From Octopus vulgaris (Eukaryota), in assembly GCA_951406725.2 (NCBI GenBank), contig OX597821.1, positions 115,630,001 through 115,694,000 on the forward strand: 64,000 bases of DNA, in the 5' to 3' direction. Shown in pieces: positions 48,640-62,779 of the stretch. The notes beneath the pieces are model-generated. The model was not told where the DNA came from and did not search any database. It saw nothing but the letters and a program-made list of their open reading frames with translations. Position numbers and translations under genes: made by a program. The stretch's first letter is position 1, and each line of letters begins with the position of its first letter.

Positions 48640-51600
48640 TTTTGAGGGCGGGGTAAGTCGATTACATCGACCTCAATACTCAACTGGTATTTCATCGAAA
48701 CCGAAAAAAATGAAAGACAAAGTCGACCTCAGGACATAAAACCGGACGAAATTTCGCTAAATGTTAAAATTTTGGCATTCCTTCGATTGTAGCAGCAGAC
48801 TTGTCAAAAATTACAGCTGTTTTCGTTAATTTCTGTAAAAAGATTTTATTTCTTTACTCCTCTTTGGAAGGTGAGGAGAAAGTGAAGTTGCATTGAAGTT
48901 GAGAGGAGAATGTGAAAGATGGACGTGTGTGTGTGCGCGCGTGTGAAAGCGAGTGAGTGACGGTGTGTGTTGCCATGTATTATATTTTTGCATGTATGTG
49001 TGACACTCACTCCTCTCTCACACATGCATTATCTTTCATATACATGTACATCCAGATTGTTCTAGTTGCTTGCAGTTAATTCTGTGTGGCGTTCCCTCTT
49101 CTTTTAATTGCTACATGTAACTTTGTACATCTCTGGGATCCTAAAAGAGGACCAATGGTTATTTAGCCCGGTCATCTGGTGCTCCAGTATATTTCTGTGT
49201 ATGTGTCCTTTTGTTCCTGCTACTGTTGGACACCACCTCTGCTTCATAGACCACCGCCTCAGTGTTGCATTGACCATCTACTGGACACTGATTGTTAACC
49301 TTATATGAGTGGAGGCACATGGCCTAGTAGTTACAGCAGTGGACTCGCAGTCGAGGAATTGCGGGTTCGAATCTCAGACCGGGCGATGTGTGTATTTATG
49401 AGCAAAAACACCTAAGCTCCATGTGGCTCCAGCAGAAGGTAATGGCCACTTCTGCTGACCCTTTCGCCACAACTTTCTCTCACTCTTTCCTCCTGCATCT
49501 TGCAGCTCATCTGTGACAGACCAGTGTCCCATTCAGGTGGGGAACATATACGCCAAGGAAACCGGCCCTTATATGAGTGTCTTGCATTTATGCAGGTTTT
49601 GGGGTGTTCAACTATATATATATATATATAAACAGAGCACCATACGAGTGTGATCATTGACAGAGTGGCTAATCGGCTTCCGTGCCAGTGGCACTTAAAA
49701 GGCACCATTCGAGCATGATCGTTACCAGCGTCGCACTATTGGCACTCGAGCCCCATGTTGGTAGGGTATTAAGAGTGCCATTCGAGCATGATTGTTGCCA
49801 GAGCGGCTATCTGGCCTCCATGCCGGTGGCACATAAAAAACACCATTCGAGTGTGATCGTTACCAGCATCACCTTACTGGCACCTGTGCCGGCGGCATGT
49901 GTAAAAAATTCGAGCGAGGTCGTTGCCAGTGCCGCCTGACTGGTCCTGTGCCAGTGGCATGTAAAAGCACCCACTACACTCTCGGAGTGGTTGGCGTTAG
50001 GAAGGGCATCCAGCCATAGAAACTCTGCCAGATCAAGATTGAAGCCTGGTTCTCCAGCCCTCAGTCATTCGTCCAACCCATGCTAGCATGGAAAGTGGAC
50101 GTTAAACGATGATGATGACACTCACTCACACACACACACAAGGATATTCAAATGCATGTATGTAGATACATGTATGCACACACACACACACATACATACC
50201 TATAATTCATTCTGTTCAACAACTGGAAATCTTTTGACACCAATAAATTCAGTGTCCCCATTGAGTTGGTGATTGCTGTTGACCTGTTCCTCGTAAATTA
50301 TGATTGATGCCAATCAATGTTTGTGGAACTTAATGTCATTTGGAAAACTGTATATTTCTATTTAAAACTATCAGTTTTTTTTTATATTCAAGTGGCAAAT
50401 TCATATTACTCTGGGTATCAACACTGCATATGAATAACGTGATGTTTTGCACTTCATAGGGTTCTCTGTAGATTGTGCCACCTCACGCTTCATTCCCAAA
50501 ACCTTCTTTTGTACTTCATTCATAGTTCTTCTGAGGAAATAATATAATCCAGATGTTTTTGGATAAGGAAATTTTAACTATTTTCTTTTATAAAAATTTT
50601 TAGCATTACGTTAATTGCAAAGGCTTTATTTTAATAATGAAATAATTTAAATTTGTATCTTGAATTATTTTTATTTATCTAAATTTACCACAAACATTTT
50701 GGCTCTTATCTTTCATAATAAACCCTAAAGTTGTTCACCTTTGCTTTTCTGGTCACTTATGGAGAAGGAGAGTAAGTGTTCATAAAGCTTTAACAATCAT
50801 TGGAGAAACCTTAATTTTGGAAATAGATTTTAACTACACTTGTGCTGGTAGCTACCACCTGTGAGCCAAATCTGCTGTTGAGTTTCAATTCTTTTTTGCA
50901 ACTATTTTACCTGTCATTAGTTTTACTTTCTTGGAGTAACATGGACATCTTCTTTTCTAAACATGAGCCTCTCTGCCAAATTCAAATAGAATAGTGTGAT
51001 TAAAATAACTTGAAATTACATATTGTTCTAAAGCTACGTGTAGATTAAGATTATGTACATATCAAATCTTATCTTCTCATAATTATAATATCTATGTAGG
51101 TTAGTGTGGTTACATTTAAAGAGTACTTCATTCATGAAATCATCACCATTATGCGCATTACTATTTTGACCTATGATCTACCTTTTATCATTAGTATCAC
51201 AATAGTCTCCTTGAATTTTACTTTATTGTCTCTGATATGTTCACTGAACATTTAAAGTATTCGAATTTAGTTAGTTCAGCTTCAACTTTAGGCCAGAATA
51301 TACTGTGGTGAGTGAAATCTAGCATATTTGATATGGATTAATACAGTGCTGAAAATATGTAGGAGATGGGCAACACATTTTTCTTATAAATCTTGGAATG
51401 TCATTTGCTTTGTCCCAGTTTGTGTAATAGATCACTGTAGGTTTTTATTTCTGCACAGTGTGTGACAAAAGTCATTAGCAAACAAACACAGCATTATATA
51501 ATGGTAATAAACAGTAGCATTTGTTGTCCTCTGTCTTGATAGTTTTTGAAAATTATCCAATCTAGGCCAGAATGGAGGATGGATGTTAAATGATGATGAA

Positions 51601-54600
51601 AAACAAAAAAATTTTTTAAATTGTTGTTTCATGACCTTATCCTGATGTTCAGAAAGATTCGGTACAGTTTGAATGTGGGAGTTGGCAGTAGTTTTAAGCA
51701 GAGGCTTTTAAGCAATTTAATTTGATAAAAGTGTGGTGTGTTGAAATATCTTTAGGTACTTAATGCATGGGGCATTAAAAAACGAACTAGAAATCTCTCT
51801 CTGCTCTTCTTCTGTCTTGCAAATTACATTCTTTTATTCTTTTACTTGTTTCAGTCATTTGGTTGTGGCCATGTTGGAGCACCACCTTTAGTTGAGCAAA
51901 TTGACCCCAGAGCTTATTCTTTGTAAGCCTAGTATTTATTCTATTGGTCTCTTTCGCCGAACCGCTAAGATATGGGGACATAAACACACCAGCATCAGTT
52001 GTCAAGCGATGTCGGGGGGGGGGGGACAAACACAGTCACACAAACATATACACGCACATACACGCATATATATACATATATACAATGGGCTTCTTTCAGT
52101 TTCCATCTACCAAATCCACTCACAAGGCTTTGGTCAGTCTGAAGCTATAGTAGAAGACGCCCAAAGTGCCACACAGTGGGACTGAACCAAGCTACTTACC
52201 ACACAGCCATTCCTGCACCTGGTAACCTTACTAGTGTTGGTAGCATGAAAACAAAGCATCCAGTACCCTCTGTAAAGTGGTTTGTGTTAGGGAGGGTGTA
52301 AAACCATGCCAAAGCCGACATTGGTGCCTTATGTGGCTTACTGGATTCTGTCAAACCATCCAACACCTGCCAGCAAAGAAAGTGGATGTTGAATGGTGAA
52401 GATGATTAGAAAAAAGTTGATTAGTAGGTAAAATTCATCACACTTTACTTGCTGGTTGCTAAAATTTATTATAGTTTATATAGTCTGAAATATTCTCAAA
52501 ATATTAATCCACATTTAGAATTCGCATTATTTAATAAGAAATACCTAATTTCATAACTTTAATGATAGACAAGTCAAAATGCATTGATAATTAATTTCAA
52601 TTAAGAGATAAGCTATACATTTGGTCTAATCAATGCTGTTTACTGTGGAGGCTAATTGTGACTGAAAGATTAGAAACACTCTCTTTCCACAAAGGCAGCT
52701 CTATGCATGAGAAAGATACTGTATAAATGAAAACTGATAATAAAATTGATTGAAAAATACAAATAGACAGAACAATTGGGTTTTTTTTTTATTCATTCAT
52801 AATTGGTGCAGGCATGGCTGTGTGGAAAGAAGTTTACTTCTCAACCACATGGTTTTGGGTTCAGTCCCACTGTGAGGCACTTGGGGAAAGTGTCTTCTAT
52901 TATCTTCTATTATAACTCCTGGGTGACCAAAACCTTGTGAGTGAATTTGGTAGATAGAAACTGAAAGAAACCTATTGTGTGTGTGAGTGTGTGTTTGTCT
53001 CCTACTGCTGCTTTAGAACTGATGTTTGTTTGTAAACATCCTTGTAAGTTAGTAGTTCAGCAAAAGAGACCAGTAGAATACTAAACTTAAAAATAATAAG
53101 CTCCGGGGTTGATTTGTTTGTCTAAACTCTTCATGGTGGTACTCTGGCATGGCTACAGTCCAGTGATTGAAATGAGTAAAAGATAAAAGATATAATATAA
53201 AGGCGGCAAGCTGGCAGAAACATTAGCACACTGGGCGAAATGCTCAGCAGTATTTCGTCTGTCGCTATGTTCTGAGTTCAAATTCTCCCAAGGTTGACTT
53301 TGCCTTTCTTCCTTTCGGGGTCAATAAATTAAGTACCAGTTACACACTGGGGTCGATCTAATCGACTTAATCCGTTTGTCTGTCCTTGTTTGTCCTCTCT
53401 GTGTTTAGCCCCTGGTGGGTAGTAAAGAAATAGGTATGATATACACTTGTGATTTATAATTATAATGAATCATAATGCACACCACTATTGGATATGAAAT
53501 ACCAAAAAAATGTCTTGTATAAAATGCATTATTTAGATAACTGATTAACAAAAAAATTAAACTAGTTATAATGGTATTGCTGAGATAATTTCTTAAATTA
53601 TCAAACTGTTCCAGAATTGCAGAATCATACACCACTGTCTGTTTTTTAAAATTTTTTTTCAAACTGGTTTTGAATTCCCAAGTTTTGAACATTGGAGAAT
53701 CTTTTTTGATAATTTCAAATGAATATATGTATTTTTGTTTATTTTTTTCTAAAATGATGTCTTTGAACTTAAATGGAATTGGAAGTAGAATAATTGTATA
53801 AAGTTAACATAATTATGCTTTTTATCCTTAGAAAATTGGTTTGTTTTTAATGATGTATACATTTAGTTTTGGTGGTTTGCTGTGCTTGAGAAGACACATC
53901 AAGATCAGTAAAATTGTGGTTGTCCTTGCATACTAGCATGTCCCCTGGGTGCTGGTGTTGTGTAAAAGCACCCTTTGTACACTCTGTAAAGTGGTTGCTG
54001 TTAAGAAAGGCATCTAGCCATAGAAACGATATCAAAACAGACATGGAACCTGGACAGCTCTTCAGCTAGCCAGTTTCTGTCAAATCGTTCAACCCAGGCC
54101 AGCATGGAAAACAGAATTTATATGTTGATGATGTTACTACAAGAGAACATGTTTCAGTAAGAATTTTCTAAAAAAAAAAAAAAATTCTCTTATTTTTCTT
54201 ATCAAGTAATTTTTTTTTAAAAAGAAAAAGGCCTGATGTTTTTATGCTTTGAATATCTGACATGTAAGATCTGGCAATTTTTCTTTTGTTCTTAATTACA
54301 TCATCATCATCGTTTAGCGTCCGCTTTCCATGCTAGCATGGGTTGGACGATTTTGACTGAGGGCTGGTGAACGAGATGGCTGCACCAAGCTCCAATCTTG
54401 ATCTGCGGAGTTTCTACATCTGGATGCCCTGCCTAATGCCAACCACTCCGAGAGTGTAGTGGGTGCTTTTTACGTGCCACCGGCACAGGGCCAGTCAGGT
54501 GGTACTGGCAATAACCTTGCTCGAATCTTTTACACGTGCAACCAGCACAGGTGCCAGTGAAGCGATGTTGGTAACAATCATGCTCGAATGGTGTCCTTTT

Positions 54601-55944
54601 ACGTGCCACGGGTACGGAAGCCAGTTGGCTGCTCTGGCAGTGATCCTGCTCGGATGGTGCTCTTGGCACCCTACTAGCACATGCACAAGTGCCAGTAAGG
54701 CAATGCTGGTAACGATCATACTCAAATGGTGCCCTTTTTATGTGCCACTGGCACGGAAGCCGACATCAATTAATATAATGTTAGAATTGTTTAATAAAAT
54801 TCAATACTATTATATAAAATGTATATATTGTTAAAGAATGTTAACATCATCATCATCATCGTTTAACGTCCTTTCTCCATGCTAGCCTGGGTTGGACGGT
54901 TCGACCAGGGATCTGGGAAGCCAGAAGGCTGCACCAGGCTCTGGTCTTATCTGGCAATGTTTCTACAGTTGGATGCCCTTCCTAACGCCAACCACTCCGT
55001 GAGTGTAGTGGGTGCTTTTTACGTGCCACCTGCACTGGTGCCAGGCGAGGCTGGCATCGGCCACGGTCGGATTGGTGCATTTTATGTGCCACCTGCACGG
55101 AAGCCAGTCGAGGCGGCACTGGCTTCGGCCACGATTCGGATGGTGCTTTTTACGTGCCACCGACACGGAAGCCAGTCAAGGCAGCGCTGGCATCAATAAA
55201 TGATATATATTGCACGTATATTAAATGACATATTGACTGAATGGCCTCAAACAGAAACTAAGTATATTTTGTCATTTTGCTGTTTTTATTTTGCTTCTGA
55301 TTTGTTTTGATGTCTTAATAAAATGCTAACCAGCTTTGAGTGCTACAATCTAATCAAAACATTTAAGAAATAGGACAAACATTTAATGGATTAAATATTT
55401 CATTTACTCGTAAGTTAGCTTGAATAGAAAATATGATGTATGACATCCTGAACTGGGAAAATGGATAATGTTTAGTTTTCTTGCACCCAGAATTTTTTGG
55501 TTTAAAAATCTGGAAATATTGTGTATATCATATAGGAATATGGTATTGAAACCTGCTATAGCTGAATGTGAAGTACTGTAAACATGCTGAGAAATCAAAG
55601 AAGAAAGCATTCGGAAATGAAAATTATATTTTTTGCAAATTTTTTTTTCTTTCTTAATATTGTACAATAAATATTAGGGTTACCTAATCTTGCAACAAAA
55701 TGAAATTTGATTTTAACAAATACTTGAAAAAGTAATTTTTTGATAAAAAAAATTTTTAATTCTGTAATACAAATAAAAAAAACTTTGCACAGAATAAGGT
55801 ATATATTGTAATATCTGCTTAAATTGACTGTTGTTTTAATTGAAATTGATTAGCATTTTATAATTTCCATTATTGTTAGATTTTTTTTTGCTGGTAAGAA
55901 ATAAAATAGTATTGTTATTTCTAATAAAAATTTTTTTTTTGTAG

Positions 55945-56059
55945 GAATTCACAAAAGCTGCTGAAGAGGCGAAGGCATTAAGTACAACTCCATCAAATGA
56001 TGAGTTGTTGGAATTATATTCTCTCTACAAACAAGCTACAGTTGGTGATAATAACATAG
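55945..56059 (+). CDS. DBI: ACBP/DBI exon 2
   Basis: t-tract gtag|GAA; [38 protein letters not shown] carries the ACBP signature [12 protein letters not shown]. Confidence 0.95.
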
Positions 56060-57905
56060 GTGATTATTATTAGTGATAACATTTTTGGTAAAGTGTAAAA
56101 TGGAATCATTAGTTACATAAGAAAAGTACTCCTTTAGCCATATATCCATTGTCAATTTGAACTTGTTGGATTGGACAAATCTGCTTATTGCTTTTTCTCT
56201 CCACTTGAAATCTTTCCATGTCATAAAAAATACAACTTATTTTAAGATATTATTTTCAACAACAATCTTGAAGCTCATCCTCATAAAAACCTCCCATGTT
56301 ACACTGATGCAACACAGGATTTTCAATTATTAATGTTACTTGGGCATCATTTTTTTTCACTCAACTCTTTATGCCATTCACATTCCCGGGTGACTTGTGA
56401 TTTCTCCATTATATACTTTTTGTTACATTTCTAATATTTCTGTTGAACTTATTCAATGTTATTTCCTTGCCACTAAATCATTTAAAAGTCACTGATCAAT
56501 TTATTGATTAACTCTAAAACAAATATGTTTAGAGGATTGAACATTTCCTAACATGTATCTCTTATAATTAGTGATATAAAGAGTTCAATTTTTAATCATG
56601 CTTTGCTGATTGTATTTGAACTTTTACTCCAATTATTGTCAACTTCAATTCATATTTTCTTTTAATCATTTATTGGTTTCAGTGTTTGGAGCACTGTCTA
56701 CTAAGAAATTTTAGTTGATTATATTGTTCTAATTTCTAGTTTAGTCTAGTACTTTTTTAACTGATTACTTTTGAATAATACATGGAACTGGCCACACTAG
56801 TAAACATAAATACACAAATGCAGACACAAACAAATGCACACACACACACACAAACAAATGCACACACACACACACACACACACATTGCTGCACCCTCTTT
56901 GTTGCACACTCTACCTCAACCACCTTTTCCACAACTTCTCTTGCTTGCACTAAACACTACAAATTTCTAACACTCTTTCATCCTGTCCTACCTGATGCCC
57001 CTACACCCACCCTTTCTCCACTCTCTCTAACCCAATCCGTCCACTGCTCCCACCCTTGTTCTCTCCCCTGCAGCTGACACTCCACTTACCACTTCTTCCT
57101 CTCTCCCTGTTTACCACTGCCTCCACTACCCCTTCCCCATATCTCAACCTCTCTATCCTTCACCCTACCCATACCAAACTGTCCATCTGTCCTCTGTCTT
57201 TGCTGTGATGACCATGACTTCAAGACACAGGTCCCAACTCATGGCTTACAATTTCACTCTACAGGAATACTCCTCAAACTGCCCTTGCCTGTGCCCAGTC
57301 TGTTGACCATGCATTGACTCTCTCTGCACCTACCTTACCTTTACCTGCCTCTGTTTCCCCTTTACCTACTACCCCTCAAATTCACCATTCTTCAGGTTTT
57401 CTGCCAAATCCAATCTGATTCCCTCTATCTCCTACATCTTTTTTTACCCCCCCCCCCCTTCCTCCTTCAAACATGCCCATAACCTTAACAATTTTTTTAG
57501 TCTGTAGCTTCTTCTCCACTCCTGGTACCAACCTAGCTTCTCTTGCTCTTGTGCATGTTGCCACACCTGTCCCTAATGATACAATTTTTCATCTCCTTTG
57601 ATGATGTGGTAACGAAATCTGTTGGTGTCCATGAGTAGCCAGGTGTGAACAAGTAAAGTGGTGGTAATAGAGGAACTCAGGAGTTATTCTCTCTTGTTCA
57701 GAGTGTGTGGCACCTTTTGTGAAATTTTAAAAATAAGAGTTTTAGGTTTTATTTTACCTTCAAGAAATTAAATTTTGAAATTGTTAATAAACTTTGGATG
57801 AAATATAAATAAATTTGTAATGTTTTATAATATAGTATCAAACTAGACAGATTGATGCTTTCTTTAGTAACCAATTTCTCTTTATTATTTTCTTTTTTCT
57901 TGCAG

Positions 57906-57968
57906 ATGAACCTGGCATTTTGAACATGAAAGCTAAGGCTAAATGGAATGCTTGGAATGCTAGAAAAG
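57906..57968 (+). CDS. DBI: ACBP/DBI exon 3
   Basis: ttgcag|...AAG|gtgaat; DEPGILNMKAKAKWNAWNARK (KAKWxAW motif). Confidence 0.95.
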
Positions 57969-59994
57969 GTGAATAAATCAACTATTTTTATTGGAGTTAT
58001 AAAGACATTGATTTGAATTTATAAAAAAAAAAAAACTGCTTGTTCCATGTAAAATCCTAATTCTATAGGCCTTTAAAGCTATGAACCAAAATTGAATGTT
58101 GTATGTGGTAAATTTTCTCAAAATTTCTATGAAATTTTCAACAATAGGCTGTGTGGTAAGTAGCTTGCTAACCAACCACATGGTTCCGGGTTCAGTCCCA
58201 CTGCGTGCCATCTTGGGCAAGTGTCTTCTGCTATAGCCCCGGGCCGACCAATGCCTTGTGAGTGGATTTGGTAGACGGAAACTGAAAGAAGCCTGTCGTA
58301 TATATGTATATATATGTATATGTGTGTATGTATTTGTACCCCTAGCATTGCTTAACAACCGATGCTGGTGTGTTTACGTCCCCGTCACTTAGCGGTTCGG
58401 CAAAAGAGACCGATAGAATAAGTACTGGGCTTACAAAGAATAAGTCCCGGTGTCGATTTGCTCGACTAAAGGCGGTGCTCCAGCATGGCCGCAGTCAAAT
58501 GACTGAAACATGTAAAAGAGTAAAAGAGAGTAATAAAGTTGTAGTGCACCTGAGCACTGTACACAATTATTATTATTATTATTAAATATGAAATAAATGT
58601 TCTTTGTAACATGGAAAAAAATAATTTCACCATCATTATCTTCATGACTGTTTTCCATGCTTACATGGGCTGGACAGGCCTTCTTCAGTACAGAATCTTG
58701 TCTCTTGTGATTCTTAATCATATTTTTCATAATGTTAGCCTTTTGACATCAACCTTCATCACTTGTTCCTGTGTCTTCTACAACATTGGTGGTACAATAT
58801 TTTTTATTAATGATGCCACATGATTGTTAGATTCCTTATTTTCTCATTCTTATATAAATACATCATCATTAGTATTATGAATGTCAAAGATTTATTTGGA
58901 ATATTTTGATTTCTCAACATTGAATTATTTTTAATATAACACTTCAGTAAATAAATCTGCTGTTTATAATTGTCAGAGTATAATGGACAGCCATTATAGA
59001 GCAGTGTAGAATATGCTATAGGACATATGAAAAAGGAAATTTATGTTACTGTAGTGGGTAGTTATACTGATAGATGGACTAGGAATCAGTAAATATACAG
59101 TTGAAAGTGTATTTACAGTTCAAACTGTACTCATAAAAAATGTAAGAATGTTTTTAGTATGATGAATTATTTGAAGTGGTAGAGAAGCTTTTAGACAGTT
59201 GTGACTTATAAAGAAAAATTTTAAAGGATCTATTGTGATAAAGTATGTCAAATGTATATATGAAACCAAAAGGATCCTTTATTTGTAAGCAGTATGAAAA
59301 CTTAATATACAAGGTCTTTGTAGAGAAGTGAATATAAAAATGTTTGATTGTATTCCTTAATTTGGTGCATCATCATCATCTTCGTTTAACGTCTGCTTTC
59401 CATGCTAGCATGGGTTGGACGAATGACTGAGGGCTGGTAAACCAGATGGCTGCACCAGGCTTCAACCTTGATCTGGCAGAGTTTCTACAGCTGGATGCCC
59501 TTCCTAATGCCAATCACTCCGAGAATGTAGTGGGTGCTTTTATGTGCCACTGGCATGGGCCAGTCAGACGGTACTGGCAACGACCTCGCTCGAATCTTTT
59601 ACACATGCCACCGGCACAGGTGCCAGTAAGACGATGCTGGTAATGATCACGCTCGAATGGTGTTTTTTACGTGCCACCGGCATGGAGGTCAGATAGCCGC
59701 TCTGGTAACGATCACGCCCAGATGGTGCACAATTTTGGTGTACAATTTTGTGAAATCTGAAACAATAAATTTGATCTCATGTATGTGCTATTCTTTCATT
59801 TGATAGTTTAGTTTTCAGTTAGAAATTAGATCTTTGATTCTTTAATTTGATATTGTTCAATAGAGAATTTCCAACTGATTTGTTATCCAAATGTTTTGTT
59901 TCAGGAGTACAATTTTTGCAGAGTACTCTTTTAGAGTATCTATTGCCTCTCAGAAAATCAATGTGCTACTTCTCTGTTCCAAATATTTCATCTA

Positions 59995-61182
59995 TTGGGT
60001 TGACAACTAAGTTCCCGCCGTTTTTAAAAAAATTTTTAAAAGGGTTTAATAAAAAAAAAATAACAACTAATTAATCAATAATGTATTCACCCTTGTTGTT
60101 TACAACTTCTTCCCAACGTTCAACAAGATTTTCATTACCTCGTTGGTAGAAGTCCCCTGATTTCGACTCGAAAAATTGATCCAACCAAGCTCTCGATTCG
60201 GCATCAGTATTGAACGAAACTCTGTGCATAGCATTTGAAAGAGGTGGAAATCTGTTGGTGCCAAATTAGAGTATGGCGGGTATAGCAGCACTTTCTAGCC
60301 ATGCATTTGAATGTCTTCCTTGGTCATATTGGTGATATGAGGGCGGGCGTTGTCATGCAGCAGAACTCCATGCTGCTGATTAGGTCTTTTCTTTTCAATA
60401 GCTGTTTTGAGACGTTCCATCTGAACATAGTGTTCTGCGTTGACCGTTTGGTTCCGTTCAAGCAATTCGTAATGGATAATCCCTTCCCAGTCCCACCATA
60501 TGCACAACATCATTTTACATGGATGAAGATCTTGTTTCATGCGCAGCGTCACTTGTTTACTGGAGCTAAGCTATTCTTTATGCTGCTTCATATTGATGTA
60601 CAGGCACCATTTTTTTGTCACCAGTAACAATTTGGTAAAGAAACTGTTGCTTGTGTCCATGAGTTGAGCAGAGATTGTGGCTTGTTGATTTTTGTCGTTG
60701 TTACTCGACGCATGCAGAACCCATGCTCCATACTTCTGAACCTTTCCCATCGAGTGAAGATGCTTCTCTATAGCAGTGTGGGAGTATTCCATTTTCTCTG
60801 CCAGTTCCCTTGTTGTTTGAGGAGAATTTTCATGCAAAAGTTTTCTATACAAAAATTTCCATTTTTGAACTTGGCATACCAATCACGAGCGGTGCTTTCA
60901 GCTATGGCACTCTCTCCATACACAGCACAAATGTTGCGAGCAGCTTTTTTGGCCTTAGAACCTTGATTAAAAGCAAAAAGGAGGAGGTGTCGGAAATGCT
61001 CATTTTTCTTAACTTGACATTCCATTTTAATGATCTGAAAATAAACAAAACTTAACTAAAATTAACTAGAAAAAAAACCAACAAAAAACAAAATAGATTC
61101 CAAAATGATTCAAAAATAGAATTCTCGAAATAAATAGATTCCAAAATTTAAAAAAATGGCAGGAACTTAGTTGCCACCCCAA
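59995..61182 (-). mobile_element. Decayed mariner (DD34D) transposon in ACBP intron 3
   Basis: TA target sites; TIRs ttgggttgacaactaagttcc / ggaacttagttgccaccccaa; frameshifted transposase from 61025 with HTH, LLHDNARPH and YSNLAPTDFHLF motifs. Confidence 0.92.
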
Positions 61183-61276
61183 TATTTACTGTCATTTTAC
61201 TGGATGTTTTCATTAAAATATCATTTTTATTTAAATCTAATTTTGTATTCATTTAGTCTGCTTTTGAATTTCTTAG

Positions 61277-61347
61277 GAACATCAAAAAAAGAAGCGGAAA
61301 CCTTATACATTAAAAAAGTTGAAGAGTTGAAATTAAAACTCGGATAA
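61277..61347 (+). CDS. DBI: ACBP/DBI exon 4 (to stop); 85-aa protein in total
   Basis: tcttag|GA; GTSKKEAETLYIKKVEELKLKLG* matches the ACBP C-terminal helix (G-S-K--A---YI--VEEL). Confidence 0.93.
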
Positions 61348-61545
61348 ACAAGCTCTGTAAGTAATAACTGGAATTTTCAAGTACAGTCTATGCAATTATT
61401 TAACTATTGTATTTAACTATTGAAGTGCACTGGAATCAGTAATGGGTGTCTAAAAATAATTTAAATGAAGTTTTTTTTATTCCACTTTCAAATTTCAGTG
61501 ATTCAGGTACTTTTTATTTCAATTTGATTTGATTAGAATTTTCTA

Positions 61546-61595
<50 letters not shown>

Positions 61596-62748
61596 TAGAA
61601 AAAAACCACCTTTTATCAATTCAAAAGGAACAAATAAATTACACCATCTAGAAAATTACATATAATAGAAATATTAAAATTAAAATAGCAATAATTGATA
61701 AAAGGTGTTTTTTTTTTCTAATTTATATATATATATATATATTATATTTTGTGAAATTTGATTAATATTTCTAAATTGAATTTTTCCCTGTAAGTTAGGA
61801 ATTATATTCCTCAAATAATTATATATTTATATATATAGATCTTTAAAATGGTTAGTAATTTTTCTTGTAGCTTTCAGATTTGAATAGTAATTTTATTATG
61901 TATCTGCTTTCACACATTTTTTAAAGATGGCTTTGAAAATTAAACTTGAATTTTATGCCACTCCTTTACATGTTGAATATCTGATCGAGGTTGAAAAAAA
62001 TTTGTGCCAATAAGCTTGTAGACGCCCCTCACCCTGTCTAGTTTGTGGTTGAAGAGGAGATAACAACTCCAACATGCTTGCATCCCAGTCAGGGCAGGTG
62101 GTGCTGTGAGCTAATTTTAGTGTATTTACACCATTTGTCTATGACAAGAAATTTTGTCCATGACAAAACTCAGTGAATGCCTTTCTTACAGGCTTGAATA
62201 TGTTCCAAACATATTTGAACTGGTAATAACCTTGTATTAGTAATATTAGGATTGTTTCCATTGATCCATTGATTATGGCCTGCCTTTTTGCCTTTATTAA
62301 TTTTGTACCTAATCAAAAGAAATCAGTGTTTAACCTTTACAAACAAAATTTTTGTAACATGATCATGTTCTTTTATTTCTTTCTTGTGATAAAAGGGCAT
62401 ATAGATGGAGGTGTGCCTGGATGGTGAGAAGCTTGCTTCCCATCAACATGGTTCTATGTTCAGTCCCATTGCATGGCACCTTAGGCAAGTGTTTACTATA
62501 GTCTCTAGTCTTGTGAGTGGATTTGGTAGATGGAAACTGAAAAGAAGCCTATCATATATATATATATATGTGTATATATATGATAGGCGTAGGAGTGGCT
62601 GTGTGGTAAGTAGCTTGCTTATGAACCACATGGTTCCGGGTTCAGTCCCACTGCGTGGCACCTTGGGTGAGTGTCTTCTGCTATAGCCTCGGGCTGACCA
62701 AAGCCTTGTGAGTGGATTTGGTAGACAGAAACTGAAAGAAGCCTGTCG

Positions 62749-62776
<28 letters not shown>

Positions 62777-62779
<3 letters not shown>

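Noticed and set aside
56960-57560. Long C/T-rich tract in ACBP intron 2 (similar at 10130-10500)
   Set aside because: Low-complexity sequence without periodicity or recognisable ends
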